The position numbers and the translations under genes are program-made. From positions 174 to 64,173 of the forward strand of contig CAKSHB010000001.1 of NCBI GenBank assembly GCA_934456295.1: a DNA stretch of 64,000 nucleotides. Direction: 5' to 3'. Position 1 is the stretch's first letter. Each line of letters opens with the position of its first letter. The DNA comes from an uncultured Clostridia bacterium. GTDB taxonomy: Bacteria; Bacillota; Clostridia; UBA1381; UMGS1253. Of this stretch, positions 54,426 through 64,000 are shown in pieces. Under the pieces are notes generated by a model. The model was not told the DNA's origin. It saw nothing but the letters and a program-made list of their open reading frames with translations, and did no database searches.

Positions 54426-54646
54426 TTTTTTACAGCGTTATGCCGTATGAGCGTGTATTTTGTGCCGAAAAGCCGAACGCGACGGTTATGTGCAGAAGAA
54501 TGGAGGTATATGACGGGGCAGAGGTCGAGGTCAGCGAAATGCCTGATGGGGGCAGAAGAATAGAGCGGCTTTATTCAACAAATCCGGCATATTATCTTGA
54601 TAAAAGGTTCTCGCCCGGAAGAACGGTGTACACAAACAGGGTATAA
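54422..54646 (+). CDS. ylzJ: YlzJ-like protein
   Basis: A 74-aa ORF overlapping the tepA stop (ATGA). The tepA-ylzJ pairing is conserved in spore formers. Confidence 0.65.
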   Translation: MIFYSVMPYERVFCAEKPNATVMCRRMEVYDGAEVEVSEMPDGGRRIERLYSTNPAYYLDKRFSPGRTVYTNRV

Positions 54647-54661
54647 GCGCACACAAACCGC

Positions 54662-54690
54662 TTGACAGTGTTTTCTTATATTGTTATAAT
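54662..54690 (+). promoter_or_regulatory. Consensus sigma-A promoter of the glycosyltransferase cluster
   Basis: TTGACA (54662-54667), a 17-nt spacer, then TATAAT (54685-54690). Confidence 0.6.
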
Positions 54691-54709
54691 ATAAGCCGAG
54701 TAAGATGGG

Positions 54710-55426
54710 GTGAATATAGTGAAAATATCTCTTATAATACCCGCATACAACGAGGCTGACAGAATAGCGGCGGCGATTGAAAAGGCAAGAAGTTATTTTG
54801 ATGCGTCGAGCTATGAATATGAAATACTTGTTGTTGATGACGGCAGCAGCGATAATACGGCTCAGGCGGTCCGCAGTGCGGGGCTTGAGCCTGTCATGCT
54901 GAAAAAAAACAGCGGAAAGGGCGCGGCTGTATGCGCAGGGGTACGTGCGTCAAACGGCGACATAATAATGTTTACAGACGCGGACTTGCCTTATGATTTG
55001 TCGCTTATTTTTGAAAGCGCGTCAAAAATAAGCCGCGGAGCAGATGCTGTAATAGGAAGCCGTGCCGGCGGCGGATATGAAAAGTACGGAGCGCTGAGGA
55101 GGTTTTGCTCGGGGGCATTTTCGGTTATATCAAACATGTTTCTGCGCCTTGACATAAAAGATACGCAGTGTGGATTTAAGGCGTTTAAAACACAGTGTGC
55201 AAAGGATTTGTTTTCGCGGATTACGGTTGACGGATTTGGGTTTGATATAGAGCTTCTGTATATTGCAAAAAAACTCGGGTATAAAATTGAAACGGTGCCG
55301 GCTCATATGATTGCACCGCCCGTGAAAAGCACGGTAAATCCGATTGCCGACGGTTTTTGTATGCTGCTTGATATTTTTGAAATAAGAAAAAACGACGCAC
55401 GGGGCATATATGGCATCAAAAAATAA
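54710..55426 (+). CDS. Family 2 glycosyltransferase (polyprenyl-phosphate sugar synthase-like, soluble form)
   Basis: ISLIIPAYNE, VVDDGSSDNT and FTDADL (DxD) motifs. 238 aa with no C-terminal TM helices. Confidence 0.85.
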   Translation: MNIVKISLIIPAYNEADRIAAAIEKARSYFDASSYEYEILVVDDGSSDNTAQAVRSAGLEPVMLKKNSGKGAAVCAGVRASNGDIIMFTDADLPYDLSLIFESASKISRGADAVIGSRAGGGYEKYGALRRFCSGAFSVISNMFLRLDIKDTQCGFKAFKTQCAKDLFSRITVDGFGFDIELLYIAKKLGYKIETVPAHMIAPPVKSTVNPIADGFCMLLDIFEIRKNDARGIYGIKK

Positions 55427-55525
55427 CGCACATGGGTGAAATAATCTCTTATCATTCCCTGCCCTGCCGGTAAGAGAAGTTTGGTTGTTATTTGTGCCGA
55501 CTCAGGCGGCGGAACGGAGATTTTT

Positions 55526-56989
55526 ATGAGAAAAACGCTTGACACGCGGCAAAAAGAGCTTTTGCTTCTGTGCGCCGCATTTTTATTATATATTACACGC
55601 TATGCGGTGTTCGGATTTTCGTATTATCCTGTTTTGGACGACCATATACAGTATTACTGGTATGCAAACGTAAGCGATGTTGTGAGCGAAGTGTTTTTGA
55701 AAATCGGCACAATAAGCACAAGACCGCTTGCGGGGATTTTTGATGTGTATGTGTGGACGCCGCTGTTCGGCATACGCGGAGCCGTGCTTGCGGTGAGTGC
55801 GGCGGTGAGCGTTTTGGGAATATACTTTTTAAAGCGCACGTTTGAAAATATGGATATTCACGCAGGCGCGCTGTTTTATCTTGTGCTTCTGTTTATGCCG
55901 ATAGGTTTTGAAACGCAGTATTGGCTGAGCGCGTCATCGCGCGTTATGACGGGCATATTTTTTGCCTCGCTTTCCATGGTGATATTTTCATCATACGCAA
56001 AGAGGGGCGGAGCATGGCGGTTCTGCCTGTTTGCGGTGATGCAGCTTGCGTCATATTGCTTTTATGAACAGGTTACGATTTTTTCTTTTTTGCTGTGTAC
56101 AGCATATTTTTACCGTACGCGGCAGAAATGGGCGGCGTATGCGGTTCCTGTAATAAACGGGCTGATAATAGCCGTGTATTATCTTTTGTTTAAAAGCGTA
56201 GGAGCGCTCAGCGGACGTACACAGCTTGTTTCGGGAGCCGAGGCTGTTTCGCATTTTACATATATGTTTAAGCAGATAAGGGAAATTGCATGGCAGGGGT
56301 TGTTTGAGCTTAATGCAAACGGACTTGTGCGCGGAATGGGCGTGCTGATTAAAAATCCCGTATTTTTTGCAGCTGTAACAGCGCTTGCGGCGGTTTTTGC
56401 GGGGCTGTGCTTTTATGACGGAAAAAAACGTGCAAAACGTGACGTTTTTGCGGTTTTGTTCGGAGCGGTATGCGCTGTGCTGCCGATGGCGCTGATGTTT
56501 GTGACAAAGGACGCGTCTTTGCCGTACAGAACGATATACGTACCGCTTATAGGGCTGTGTGTTATTGCAGAATATATTGCCGCGCGGATAAAAATAAATT
56601 ATGCGGCGGTAAGGTGTATAGTGTTTGTTATGGCATTTATATTCAGCGTTTCATGTGTCAGTGAGATGAACGATTATAAAAATGTGTCGCAGATTGATGA
56701 AAAAATATGCACAGGGATTGCGTCGGCGCTTGATGATGAGGTTATATCTGGCAAAAGAGAATGTTATGTAATCGGAGCAAGGCGCACATATATAAATGCG
56801 AATGCAGAGCATAATGAGCACATAATAAACGTTACATCAAGCGACTGGGCGCTTACGGGCGCGGTAAGGCACAGCCTCGGCGGATACGCAGGGCGTATTG
56901 TGCCTGTTGAGAACGATACAATCGGTGATAAAAACGCGCAGATACTGAAGATTAATGAGGACTATACGGTGAGCGTTGTGAGGAAATAA
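55526..56989 (+). CDS. Polytopic membrane protein, probable GT-C-type glycosyltransferase (GtrII/ArnT-like)
   Basis: About 12 hydrophobic segments, with an early conserved YYPVLDDHIQYYWY loop. It sits immediately downstream of the GT2 gene. The functional call is by context. Confidence 0.55.
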   Translation: MRKTLDTRQKELLLLCAAFLLYITRYAVFGFSYYPVLDDHIQYYWYANVSDVVSEVFLKIGTISTRPLAGIFDVYVWTPLFGIRGAVLAVSAAVSVLGIYFLKRTFENMDIHAGALFYLVLLFMPIGFETQYWLSASSRVMTGIFFASLSMVIFSSYAKRGGAWRFCLFAVMQLASYCFYEQVTIFSFLLCTAYFYRTRQKWAAYAVPVINGLIIAVYYLLFKSVGALSGRTQLVSGAEAVSHFTYMFKQIREIAWQGLFELNANGLVRGMGVLIKNPVFFAAVTALAAVFAGLCFYDGKKRAKRDVFAVLFGAVCAVLPMALMFVTKDASLPYRTIYVPLIGLCVIAEYIAARIKINYAAVRCIVFVMAFIFSVSCVSEMNDYKNVSQIDEKICTGIASALDDEVISGKRECYVIGARRTYINANAEHNEHIINVTSSDWALTGAVRHSLGGYAGRIVPVENDTIGDKNAQILKINEDYTVSVVRK

Positions 56990-57029
56990 ATTGCGGTAAA
57001 AAATTTTTGGCGGAACGGAGATAAATGTT

Positions 57030-57785
57030 ATGGCAGAAAACGGCGGAAATACAATCAACATACTCGGGGTGGAAATTTCTGAGGAAAGCATGAGCGATAC
57101 GGTGAAAAAACTTTTGGGATATCTTGACGAGCCGCGCATGCATGCTGTTTATACGCCAAATTCGGAGATTATATATATGGCGTATAAAGACGAGAAGTTC
57201 AGAGAGGTGCTTAACTCGGCGGAGATCAGAACCGCTGATGGTATAGGTGTTGTGTATGCTTCAAAAATACTGAAAAAGCCCATAAGCGAGCGTGTGGCAG
57301 GATATGATTTGATGCATGCGTTTCTGAAAGAGGCGGCAAAGGACAAAAGAAAAGTTTATCTGTTCGGCTCAAAGCCGGGCGTTGCCGAAAATGCGGGCAG
57401 AATGCTCTGCGATATGTATAAGGGGCTTGAAATCTGCGGTACGCGCAACGGTTATTTCAGCGAAGCGGACACGGACGGCATAATCAAGGGAATAAATGCG
57501 GCAAAGCCCGACATATTGCTGGTATGCCTCGGCGCACCGAAACAGGAAAAATGGATTTATGATAACCGCGACAAGCTCGATGTAAGGGTTGCGATGGGGC
57601 TTGGCGGCAGTCTTGACACACTCACGGGTGTGCTTAAGCGTGCGCCCGAGTCATGGCAGAAGCTGGGGCTTGAGTGGGCGTACAGGCTTGTGTGCGACCC
57701 GAAGAGAATAATAAGAATGACGGCGCTGCCGCGTTTTGCGCTGACGGTTTTATTCAAAGGAAAAAGGTATAAAAACGAAAAATGA
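57030..57785 (+). CDS. tagA: WecB/TagA/CpsF-family glycosyltransferase
   Basis: YTPNSEIIYMA...RTADGIGVVYASK...LGAPKQEKW...WAYRL is the characteristic TagA family pattern. Confidence 0.85.
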   Translation: MAENGGNTINILGVEISEESMSDTVKKLLGYLDEPRMHAVYTPNSEIIYMAYKDEKFREVLNSAEIRTADGIGVVYASKILKKPISERVAGYDLMHAFLKEAAKDKRKVYLFGSKPGVAENAGRMLCDMYKGLEICGTRNGYFSEADTDGIIKGINAAKPDILLVCLGAPKQEKWIYDNRDKLDVRVAMGLGGSLDTLTGVLKRAPESWQKLGLEWAYRLVCDPKRIIRMTALPRFALTVLFKGKRYKNEK

Positions 57786-57848
57786 AAGGGTTCTGTATAA
57801 TAAATGGCTTGCATAAAAGAAAGATTTTGTATATGAGGAGGGTATAAA

Positions 57849-58526
57849 ATGGGTATGCTTTTTGCAATCGAGGGCGTAGACGGTTCGGGCAAGGAAACGC
57901 AGACGAAGTTTTTGTATGACAAACTTCTGTGCGAGGGAAAAAATGCTGTGCGCATAAGTTTTCCCGATTATGACAGCGACTCGTCATATGCCGTAAAAAT
58001 GTATCTTTCGGGGCAGTTCGGAAAAAATGCAAATGACATAAATGCAAAAGCCGCCTCGACATTTTTTGCTCTCGACAGATACATTTCGTATAAGACGAAA
58101 TGGGAAAAAATATATAACGGCGACAGCATAATCGTTGCTGACAGGTATGTGACATCAAATATGATACATCAGGCGTCAAAGTTTGCCGATAATGGGCAAA
58201 AGGACGAATTTCTGGAGTGGCTGTGCGATTTTGAATATGGGGTGTATGGGCTGCCAAAGCCCGATAAGGTAATTTTTCTCGATGTTGCGCCCGAGGTGAG
58301 CGAAAAGCTGACGCGCGGCAGAAAAAACAAGGCGACGGGCGGCAGTGACAAAGACATTCACGAGAGCGATGCGTCGCACATAAAAAACAGCTATAACAAT
58401 GCAAAATATGTTGCAAAAAAGTATGGCTGGGAAATCATAGAATGTGCGCCCAAAGGAAAAATGAGAAGTATAGAGGACATAGGTACACAGATTTACGGCA
58501 TACTTTTTGAAAAAGCGGATTTTTAA
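57849..58526 (+). CDS. tmk: Thymidylate kinase family protein
   Basis: P-loop FAIEGVDGSGKETQ, DRY motif (VADRYVTSNMIHQ) and a lid-like RGRKNKATGGSDKD. Confidence 0.8.
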   Translation: MGMLFAIEGVDGSGKETQTKFLYDKLLCEGKNAVRISFPDYDSDSSYAVKMYLSGQFGKNANDINAKAASTFFALDRYISYKTKWEKIYNGDSIIVADRYVTSNMIHQASKFADNGQKDEFLEWLCDFEYGVYGLPKPDKVIFLDVAPEVSEKLTRGRKNKATGGSDKDIHESDASHIKNSYNNAKYVAKKYGWEIIECAPKGKMRSIEDIGTQIYGILFEKADF

Positions 58527-58669
58527 TACATAGCTTTTTAACACATTATGAACAATCGGAGCATGATGTGGACAAAAAGCGAAAAATATGATTTAATTAT
58601 TGGTAACGATGTAAAATAGCGGACATAACCGATATTTGCAAAAACGGTTAATAAACGGCAAAACTGCAT

Positions 58670-59533
58670 GTGAAATATACAAAAAAGGGGTTTGCGAAAT
58701 TGAAAAAGAAAAAAATGCCGGCAAAAACAATTCTGATTATTGCCGCTGTTGCGGTAATCGGCTTTTTGATTTCTATGGGAAATTATCTTGTTGCACTTTG
58801 CGCAACGGTTATAATAGCCGCAGGCGCAGCCTTTTGGTACTGGCCCGAGCTGCAATGTGCGCTCGGTCAGTCCGAGTATGCAAAGGGAAACAACACGAAA
58901 GCGCTGGCGCTTTTGAAGAAAGCGCACGAATCGAGCCGCTCAAAGCCGTCGGTTTCGGCTGCATATGCATACATACTGCTGCGTGTGGGACAGGCTGAAG
59001 AGGCGTCAAAGGTTTTAAATTACGTTTTATTGAACTCAAAGCTTAAAGAGCAGGACCGCGCACAACTCCGGCAGATTTTGTCGCTCGTGCGCTACAGACA
59101 GGGTGATTTTGAGGAGGCAACACGCCTCATGGAGCTTGTTTTTGAGGTTTACAAAAACACGGGGGTATACGGTGCGCTCGGATATTATAAAATTTTATCA
59201 AATTCGCCCGATATGGAAAAATTCAATGAGGAGGCATATGACTACAACAGTGACGACAAGGTTATAATCGATAATATGGTTATACTTGCGCTTAAAAAAG
59301 GAGATTTGCAGAAAGCAAAGGAACTTTCCGATAAAAGTATCGGTGCGGGAAATAGGGGCGTTGAGATATTCTATCATGCGGGGCAGACATATGAGGCTCT
59401 CGGTGAAAATGATAAGGCGGCTGATTTTTTCAGAAAGGCAAAGTCGTGTCAGCGTTCATTTATGACTACGGTTACCGAGGCAGAGGTTGAAAATGCAATT
59501 GAGAGGCTCGGCGGAAACGGTGAGGATAATTAA
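58670..59533 (+). CDS. Membrane-anchored TPR-repeat protein
   Basis: Two N-terminal TM segments are followed by TPR-like helical repeats (YAKGNNTKALALLKKA, RYRQGDFEEATRLMELV, YEALGENDKAADFFRKA). The start may be TTG 58700. Confidence 0.7.
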   Translation: MKYTKKGFAKLKKKKMPAKTILIIAAVAVIGFLISMGNYLVALCATVIIAAGAAFWYWPELQCALGQSEYAKGNNTKALALLKKAHESSRSKPSVSAAYAYILLRVGQAEEASKVLNYVLLNSKLKEQDRAQLRQILSLVRYRQGDFEEATRLMELVFEVYKNTGVYGALGYYKILSNSPDMEKFNEEAYDYNSDDKVIIDNMVILALKKGDLQKAKELSDKSIGAGNRGVEIFYHAGQTYEALGENDKAADFFRKAKSCQRSFMTTVTEAEVENAIERLGGNGEDN

Positions 59534-59595
59534 ATTTACATTTTGAGCCGCAGAAAGTTATGCAAATAATTCGCCCGTATGGGTAAATATTTAAA

Positions 59596-59623
59596 AAAGT
59601 GAACATTTAAAAGTGAACATTTA
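59596..59623 (+). repeat. Perfect tandem 14-mer x2 immediately upstream of the cyclophilin promoter region
   Basis: aaagtgaacattta occurs at 59596-59609 and 59610-59623, followed by ttgacaaagtcaa. Confidence 0.7.
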
Positions 59624-59669
59624 ATTGACAAAGTCAATTTTGTTATAAAATAAACGGAGGTATCAGAAA

Positions 59670-60302
59670 ATGAAAAAAAGTATTTTGTGTGTTTTACTTG
59701 CAGCTGTAATGACGCTGTCGCTGTGCGCATGCGGAAATCAGGCAGAAACCGTACCGAGTGCATCGCCGAGCGCGTCGCCGTCACCGATTCCCGAGGCATC
59801 GCCCGACCCGTCAAAGACAAACATAGTGATTGAAACAGAGTACGGCGAAATTAAAGCAGAGCTTTATCCCGAAGTTGCGCCGATAACGGTTGCAAACTTT
59901 CAGCAGCTTGTGGAAAAAGGCTTTTATGACGGTCTTACCTTCCACAGAATAATTGACGGATTTATGATACAGGGCGGTGACCCGAAAGGCAACGGCACGG
60001 GCGGTTCCGACAAGAAAATCAAGGGCGAATTTTCCTCAAACGGCGTGCAGAACGATTTGAAGCATGAACGCGGCGTTTTGTCAATGGCAAGAAGCACTGC
60101 GCCGAACTCGGCAAGCAGCCAGTTCTTCATCATGCATGCGGACGCACCGCACCTTGACGGTGAATATGCGGCGTTCGGCAAGGTTACGGACGGCATGGAG
60201 GTAGTTGACAAAATTGTTGAGAATGCTAAGGTTGAGGACGCAAACGGAACTGTTGCGCCGGAAAATCAGCCGAAGATTATATCGATAAAGTTTGCAGATT
60301 AA
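59670..60302 (+). CDS. Peptidyl-prolyl cis-trans isomerase (cyclophilin type), lipoprotein
   Basis: A signal/lipobox-like N-terminus [21 protein letters not shown], a Pro/Ser-rich linker, and a cyclophilin core [15 protein letters not shown]. Confidence 0.9.
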   Translation: MKKSILCVLLAAVMTLSLCACGNQAETVPSASPSASPSPIPEASPDPSKTNIVIETEYGEIKAELYPEVAPITVANFQQLVEKGFYDGLTFHRIIDGFMIQGGDPKGNGTGGSDKKIKGEFSSNGVQNDLKHERGVLSMARSTAPNSASSQFFIMHADAPHLDGEYAAFGKVTDGMEVVDKIVENAKVEDANGTVAPENQPKIISIKFAD

Positions 60303-60346
60303 AAAGGACATTAAAATCCGGAATAAATGCGAAAGGAAAAACTCAG

Positions 60347-60850
60347 ATGGAAAATAAGGAAAAAATTTATGTAATGATTGAAACGGAAAAGGGAAATATT
60401 AAAGCAGAGCTTTATTCCGACATTGCACCGATAACGGTCGCAAACTTTTGTGAACTGGCGGAAAAGGGCTTCTATGACGGACTGACATTTCACAGAATAA
60501 TCGACGGATTTATGATACAGGGCGGTGACCCAATGGGAAACGGCACGGGCGGTTCCGATAAGAAAATCAAGGGCGAATTTTCCTCAAACGGCGTGCAGAA
60601 CGATTTGAAGCATGAACGCGGCGTTTTGTCAATGGCAAGAAGCATGAACCCGAATTCGGCAAGCAGCCAGTTTTTCATCATGCATGCGGACGCACCGCAT
60701 CTTGACGGTGAATATGCGGCGTTCGGCAGGGTTGTTGACGGTATTGAGGTTGTTGATGAAATTGTAAAAAATGCCGAAGTTGAGGACTTTAACGGCACGG
60801 TATTGGGCAAAAATCAACCAAAAATCAACAGAATTTACGTTATAAAATAA
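60347..60850 (+). CDS. Peptidyl-prolyl cis-trans isomerase (cyclophilin type), cytoplasmic paralogue
   Basis: The same cyclophilin core ([36 protein letters not shown]) without a signal peptide. Confidence 0.92.
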   Translation: MENKEKIYVMIETEKGNIKAELYSDIAPITVANFCELAEKGFYDGLTFHRIIDGFMIQGGDPMGNGTGGSDKKIKGEFSSNGVQNDLKHERGVLSMARSMNPNSASSQFFIMHADAPHLDGEYAAFGRVVDGIEVVDEIVKNAEVEDFNGTVLGKNQPKINRIYVIK

Positions 60851-60889
60851 AATAAAATTGAGATAATTAATTTTTTAACAAAAAAACTC

Positions 60890-61980
<1,091 letters not shown>

Positions 61981-62143
61981 TTAAAAGCAGAATAATCCAA
62001 AATATAACTGATGCCTGAAAGCGGCTTGGTTTATGAAATGGAAAGAGGAATGCTGTGCAGCCGCATGTTGTGTCTGCACGGCATTTTTGCTTTTTATGTT
62101 TTATTTTTATCGGGTCGGAATATGGCGGAAAGGAGAGTTGGTT

Positions 62144-62542
62144 ATGATTTGTGATAAATGCGGTACGGTAAATGATGAGGGCTATAAATTCTGCATGAAA
62201 TGCGGAATGCCGCTCGGAGAGGAAAAAATGCAGACACCGGGACTGAGCGCTGCGCCGAATACTGTATATGCTGTGCAGCCGCATAAAGACCCGTTTTCAT
62301 GGGGAGATATCAGCGTAATACTCGGATTTGTCTGTTCAATAGCGGGCATGTTCTGGTTTTGGCTGCTGCTGTGCCCTGTGGGGCTTGGTTTTTCAATTTT
62401 CGGTTTTTATAAAAACAAAACAAAAAAGCTTGCCGTTGCCGGAATTGTGATATCGGCTTTGGGTATACTTATCAAAATCGGCTATATTTTGTATACAAAC
62501 AACTGGCTGCCGTCATGGGTGACATCGGGTGTGCTTGGCTGA
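62144..62542 (+). CDS. Zinc-ribbon membrane protein
   Basis: ATG 62144 follows AAAGGAGAG. MICDKCGTVNDEGYKFCMKCG zinc ribbon, then two TM segments. Confidence 0.65.
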   Translation: MICDKCGTVNDEGYKFCMKCGMPLGEEKMQTPGLSAAPNTVYAVQPHKDPFSWGDISVILGFVCSIAGMFWFWLLLCPVGLGFSIFGFYKNKTKKLAVAGIVISALGILIKIGYILYTNNWLPSWVTSGVLG

Positions 62543-62557
62543 GATAATTTAAGTAAT

Positions 62558-62591
62558 AAAAAATCTCCCGCAGTATCGGGAGATTTTTTTG
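62558..62591. terminator. Bidirectional intrinsic terminator
   Basis: aaaaatctcccg-cagtat-cgggagattttttt. Confidence 0.8.
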
Positions 62592-62607
62592 TTATGTATC
62601 CGAGAAA

Positions 62608-63369
62608 TTACTTTGAAAGACGTGCCTCGGCAATGCACGGATAAACATAATTCCAGTCATTCCTTGCCATTGCACATTCTGCATTAATCTTTAAAACTTT
62701 GATATTTGAAACATCGATGTTAAATGTTGTCGATTTCATTCCGTTTGAAATTATGGGCGATGAATATATGAGCCGTCCGTTGCCATAAAATTTTATCTGA
62801 GCCGATTTATCTCGGTTTGAGCTCGAATTAGTGGTGATTATGCCTTCAAAGGTTTTGTATTGGCTGTTGAGCAAATAGGATATGTTCTGATAACATTCCA
62901 GGCTGCCGTCGTTTAATTCGCGTGCACCCTCGTTTTTTATATCGCACAGAGTGAATTTTATTCCGCGGTCGTATTTCATACCGTCGGACATTTCGGTTTT
63001 TGAGGGAATTGCGGAGAAAACATTTGATTTTCCGGTTATCTGATAATCGACATATCCCATCTGGTCAAGCCAGTCATAATTTTTGCTGCCGAGCGTTACA
63101 GTGCTTGTCTGAGGTTCCCATGAAACTTCTTTGTCAAAAGCGGTTGCAACGGCTCTGACCGGCAGATATGTAGTCCCGTTGTAAACAAATGGCTCTACGC
63201 TGTTTCCGTTTGCGTCTGTCGGCTGATATTCTCTTCCGTCAATCAAAATTTTTATGTTGTCATAGATGATGTCGATTGTTTCCGTAGCCTGTTTTGCAAA
63301 TACCGCACCGCATGTCAAAACGGCTCCGATTAGTGTCCCCAAAATTAATCCGTTCAATTTTTTGTTCAT
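62608..63369 (-). CDS. Secreted protein with a copper-amine-oxidase-N-like (stalk) domain and a C-terminal beta-sandwich (NPCBM-like) domain
   Basis: Signal peptide MNKKLNGLILGTLIGAVLTCGAVFA, a stalk-domain motif (ILIDGREYQP...PFVYNGTTYLPVRAVATAFDKEVSW), and a C-terminal ~150 aa that looks like a beta-sandwich. The functional call is tentative. Confidence 0.55.
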   Translation of the reverse strand: MNKKLNGLILGTLIGAVLTCGAVFAKQATETIDIIYDNIKILIDGREYQPTDANGNSVEPFVYNGTTYLPVRAVATAFDKEVSWEPQTSTVTLGSKNYDWLDQMGYVDYQITGKSNVFSAIPSKTEMSDGMKYDRGIKFTLCDIKNEGARELNDGSLECYQNISYLLNSQYKTFEGIITTNSSSNRDKSAQIKFYGNGRLIYSSPIISNGMKSTTFNIDVSNIKVLKINAECAMARNDWNYVYPCIAEARLSK

Positions 63370-63523
63370 AAGAATTTCCATTCCGCCGGAGGCTAACATG
63401 AAAAAACTTTATATTAAATCCTCCTGCAAGTTAATTTTTGACACTTAGTGAATGTCATATTTCAAATTGTGACACTGTATAATAATTTTGTCAAGCGCTA
63501 AATGTCAAAATGGAGGATACGTC

Positions 63524-63805
63524 ATGTTTAAAAATAAATCTGCGTCGGGGCGTAATAATATATGCGGTGAGAATGTATACAGACTGCGAAAAAAGCATGA
63601 GCCGAAAATGTCGCAGAGAATTTTAGCCGAGAGTCTTCAGGTTATGGGAATAGATGTGGACAAAAACGCTGTTCAGCGGATAGAAAGCGGACAGAGATTT
63701 GTGACGGATATAGAACTTCTGGCGCTGGCAAGGATTTTTAGCGTTACGTGCGAAGAATTAGTCGGCGAATATAAATTTATCTTGGACGATGGATTTGGCG
63801 AATAA
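63524..63805 (+). CDS. XRE-family HTH transcriptional regulator
   Basis: ATG 63524 is 6 nt after GGAGGA. ICGENVYRLRKKHEPKMSQRILAESLQVMGIDVDKNAVQRIESGQR is an HTH_3 pattern. Confidence 0.8.
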   Translation: MFKNKSASGRNNICGENVYRLRKKHEPKMSQRILAESLQVMGIDVDKNAVQRIESGQRFVTDIELLALARIFSVTCEELVGEYKFILDDGFGE

Positions 63806-63962
63806 TCAATTAAAAGTTTTGATGTGTGTTTTGCAGAGGGTGAAAAATAACATTTTTTAATATAACTATACGAAATGTCAGATTTATCTACATAATAATC
63901 AAAAAAGCCCATTGATCTTATACTTTAATTTATTTTATAATAAAATAAAAAAGGTGATAATT

Positions 63963-64000
63963 ATGAGTTTTATTATAAAAAACGAAGAAGTGGAATTTAA
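63963..64000 (+). CDS. 5' end of an unidentified ORF running off the window
   Basis: An ATG preceded by AAAGGTGA. Only 12 codons (MSFIIKNEEVEF) are visible. Confidence 0.25.
   Translation, partial: MSFIIKNEEVEF

Overview
This is a chromosomal segment from an endospore-forming Firmicute, probably a Clostridia-class anaerobe. I infer that from spo0A, bofA, yaaL-like, ytaF, tepA/ylzJ, SLH domains, a CIRCE operator and a split MetH. Most of the window is core housekeeping. Layout: (1) 0.5-16.2 kb on the + strand is a division/cell-wall (dcw) cluster: mraZ-rsmH-ftsL-PBP-murE-murF-mraY-ftsW-murG-murA-ftsQ-DUF881-sbp-ftsZ. It has a phased MraZ operator and lacks murD, murC and ftsA. (2) 16.3-29.2 kb on the - strand holds split B12-dependent metH plus its activation-domain ORF and metF, paaK with a terminator-containing leader, a ~1.2 kb AT-rich prophage remnant (truncated integrase), nfo, htpG under a perfect CIRCE, and leuCDB. 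(3) 29.2-37.9 kb on the + strand holds an orphan C-rich structured RNA candidate, type III glutamine synthetase, an Amt-PII fusion, carD-like, FemAB-family plus alanine-racemase-like genes, and prfA. (4) 38-41.3 kb holds a TM2 protein, bofA, yaaL-like, spo0A, an AT-rich patch with a 32-bp direct repeat and a small ribbon-helix-helix (RHH) gene, and tRNA-Ser(GGA). (5) 41.5-47.6 kb is the most unusual locus: an SLH-anchored alpha/alpha-toroid protein, a membrane-anchored DUF4430 protein, EcfT, and a fused EcfA-EcfA'-S polypeptide. I read this as a possible split, transcobalamin-like surface capture system feeding an ECF importer. (6) 47.6-64 kb holds ytaF, an ABC exporter pair, a deacetylase, an XRE/membrane pair, tepA-ylzJ, a GT2/GT-C/TagA glycosylation cluster, tmk-like, a TPR protein, two tandem cyclophilins with a gene-conversion-like tract, gap, and small accessory genes. 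I found no CRISPR array, rRNA, intact mobile element or recognisable defence system. All calls come from reading the sequence and ORF translations, with no database searches.
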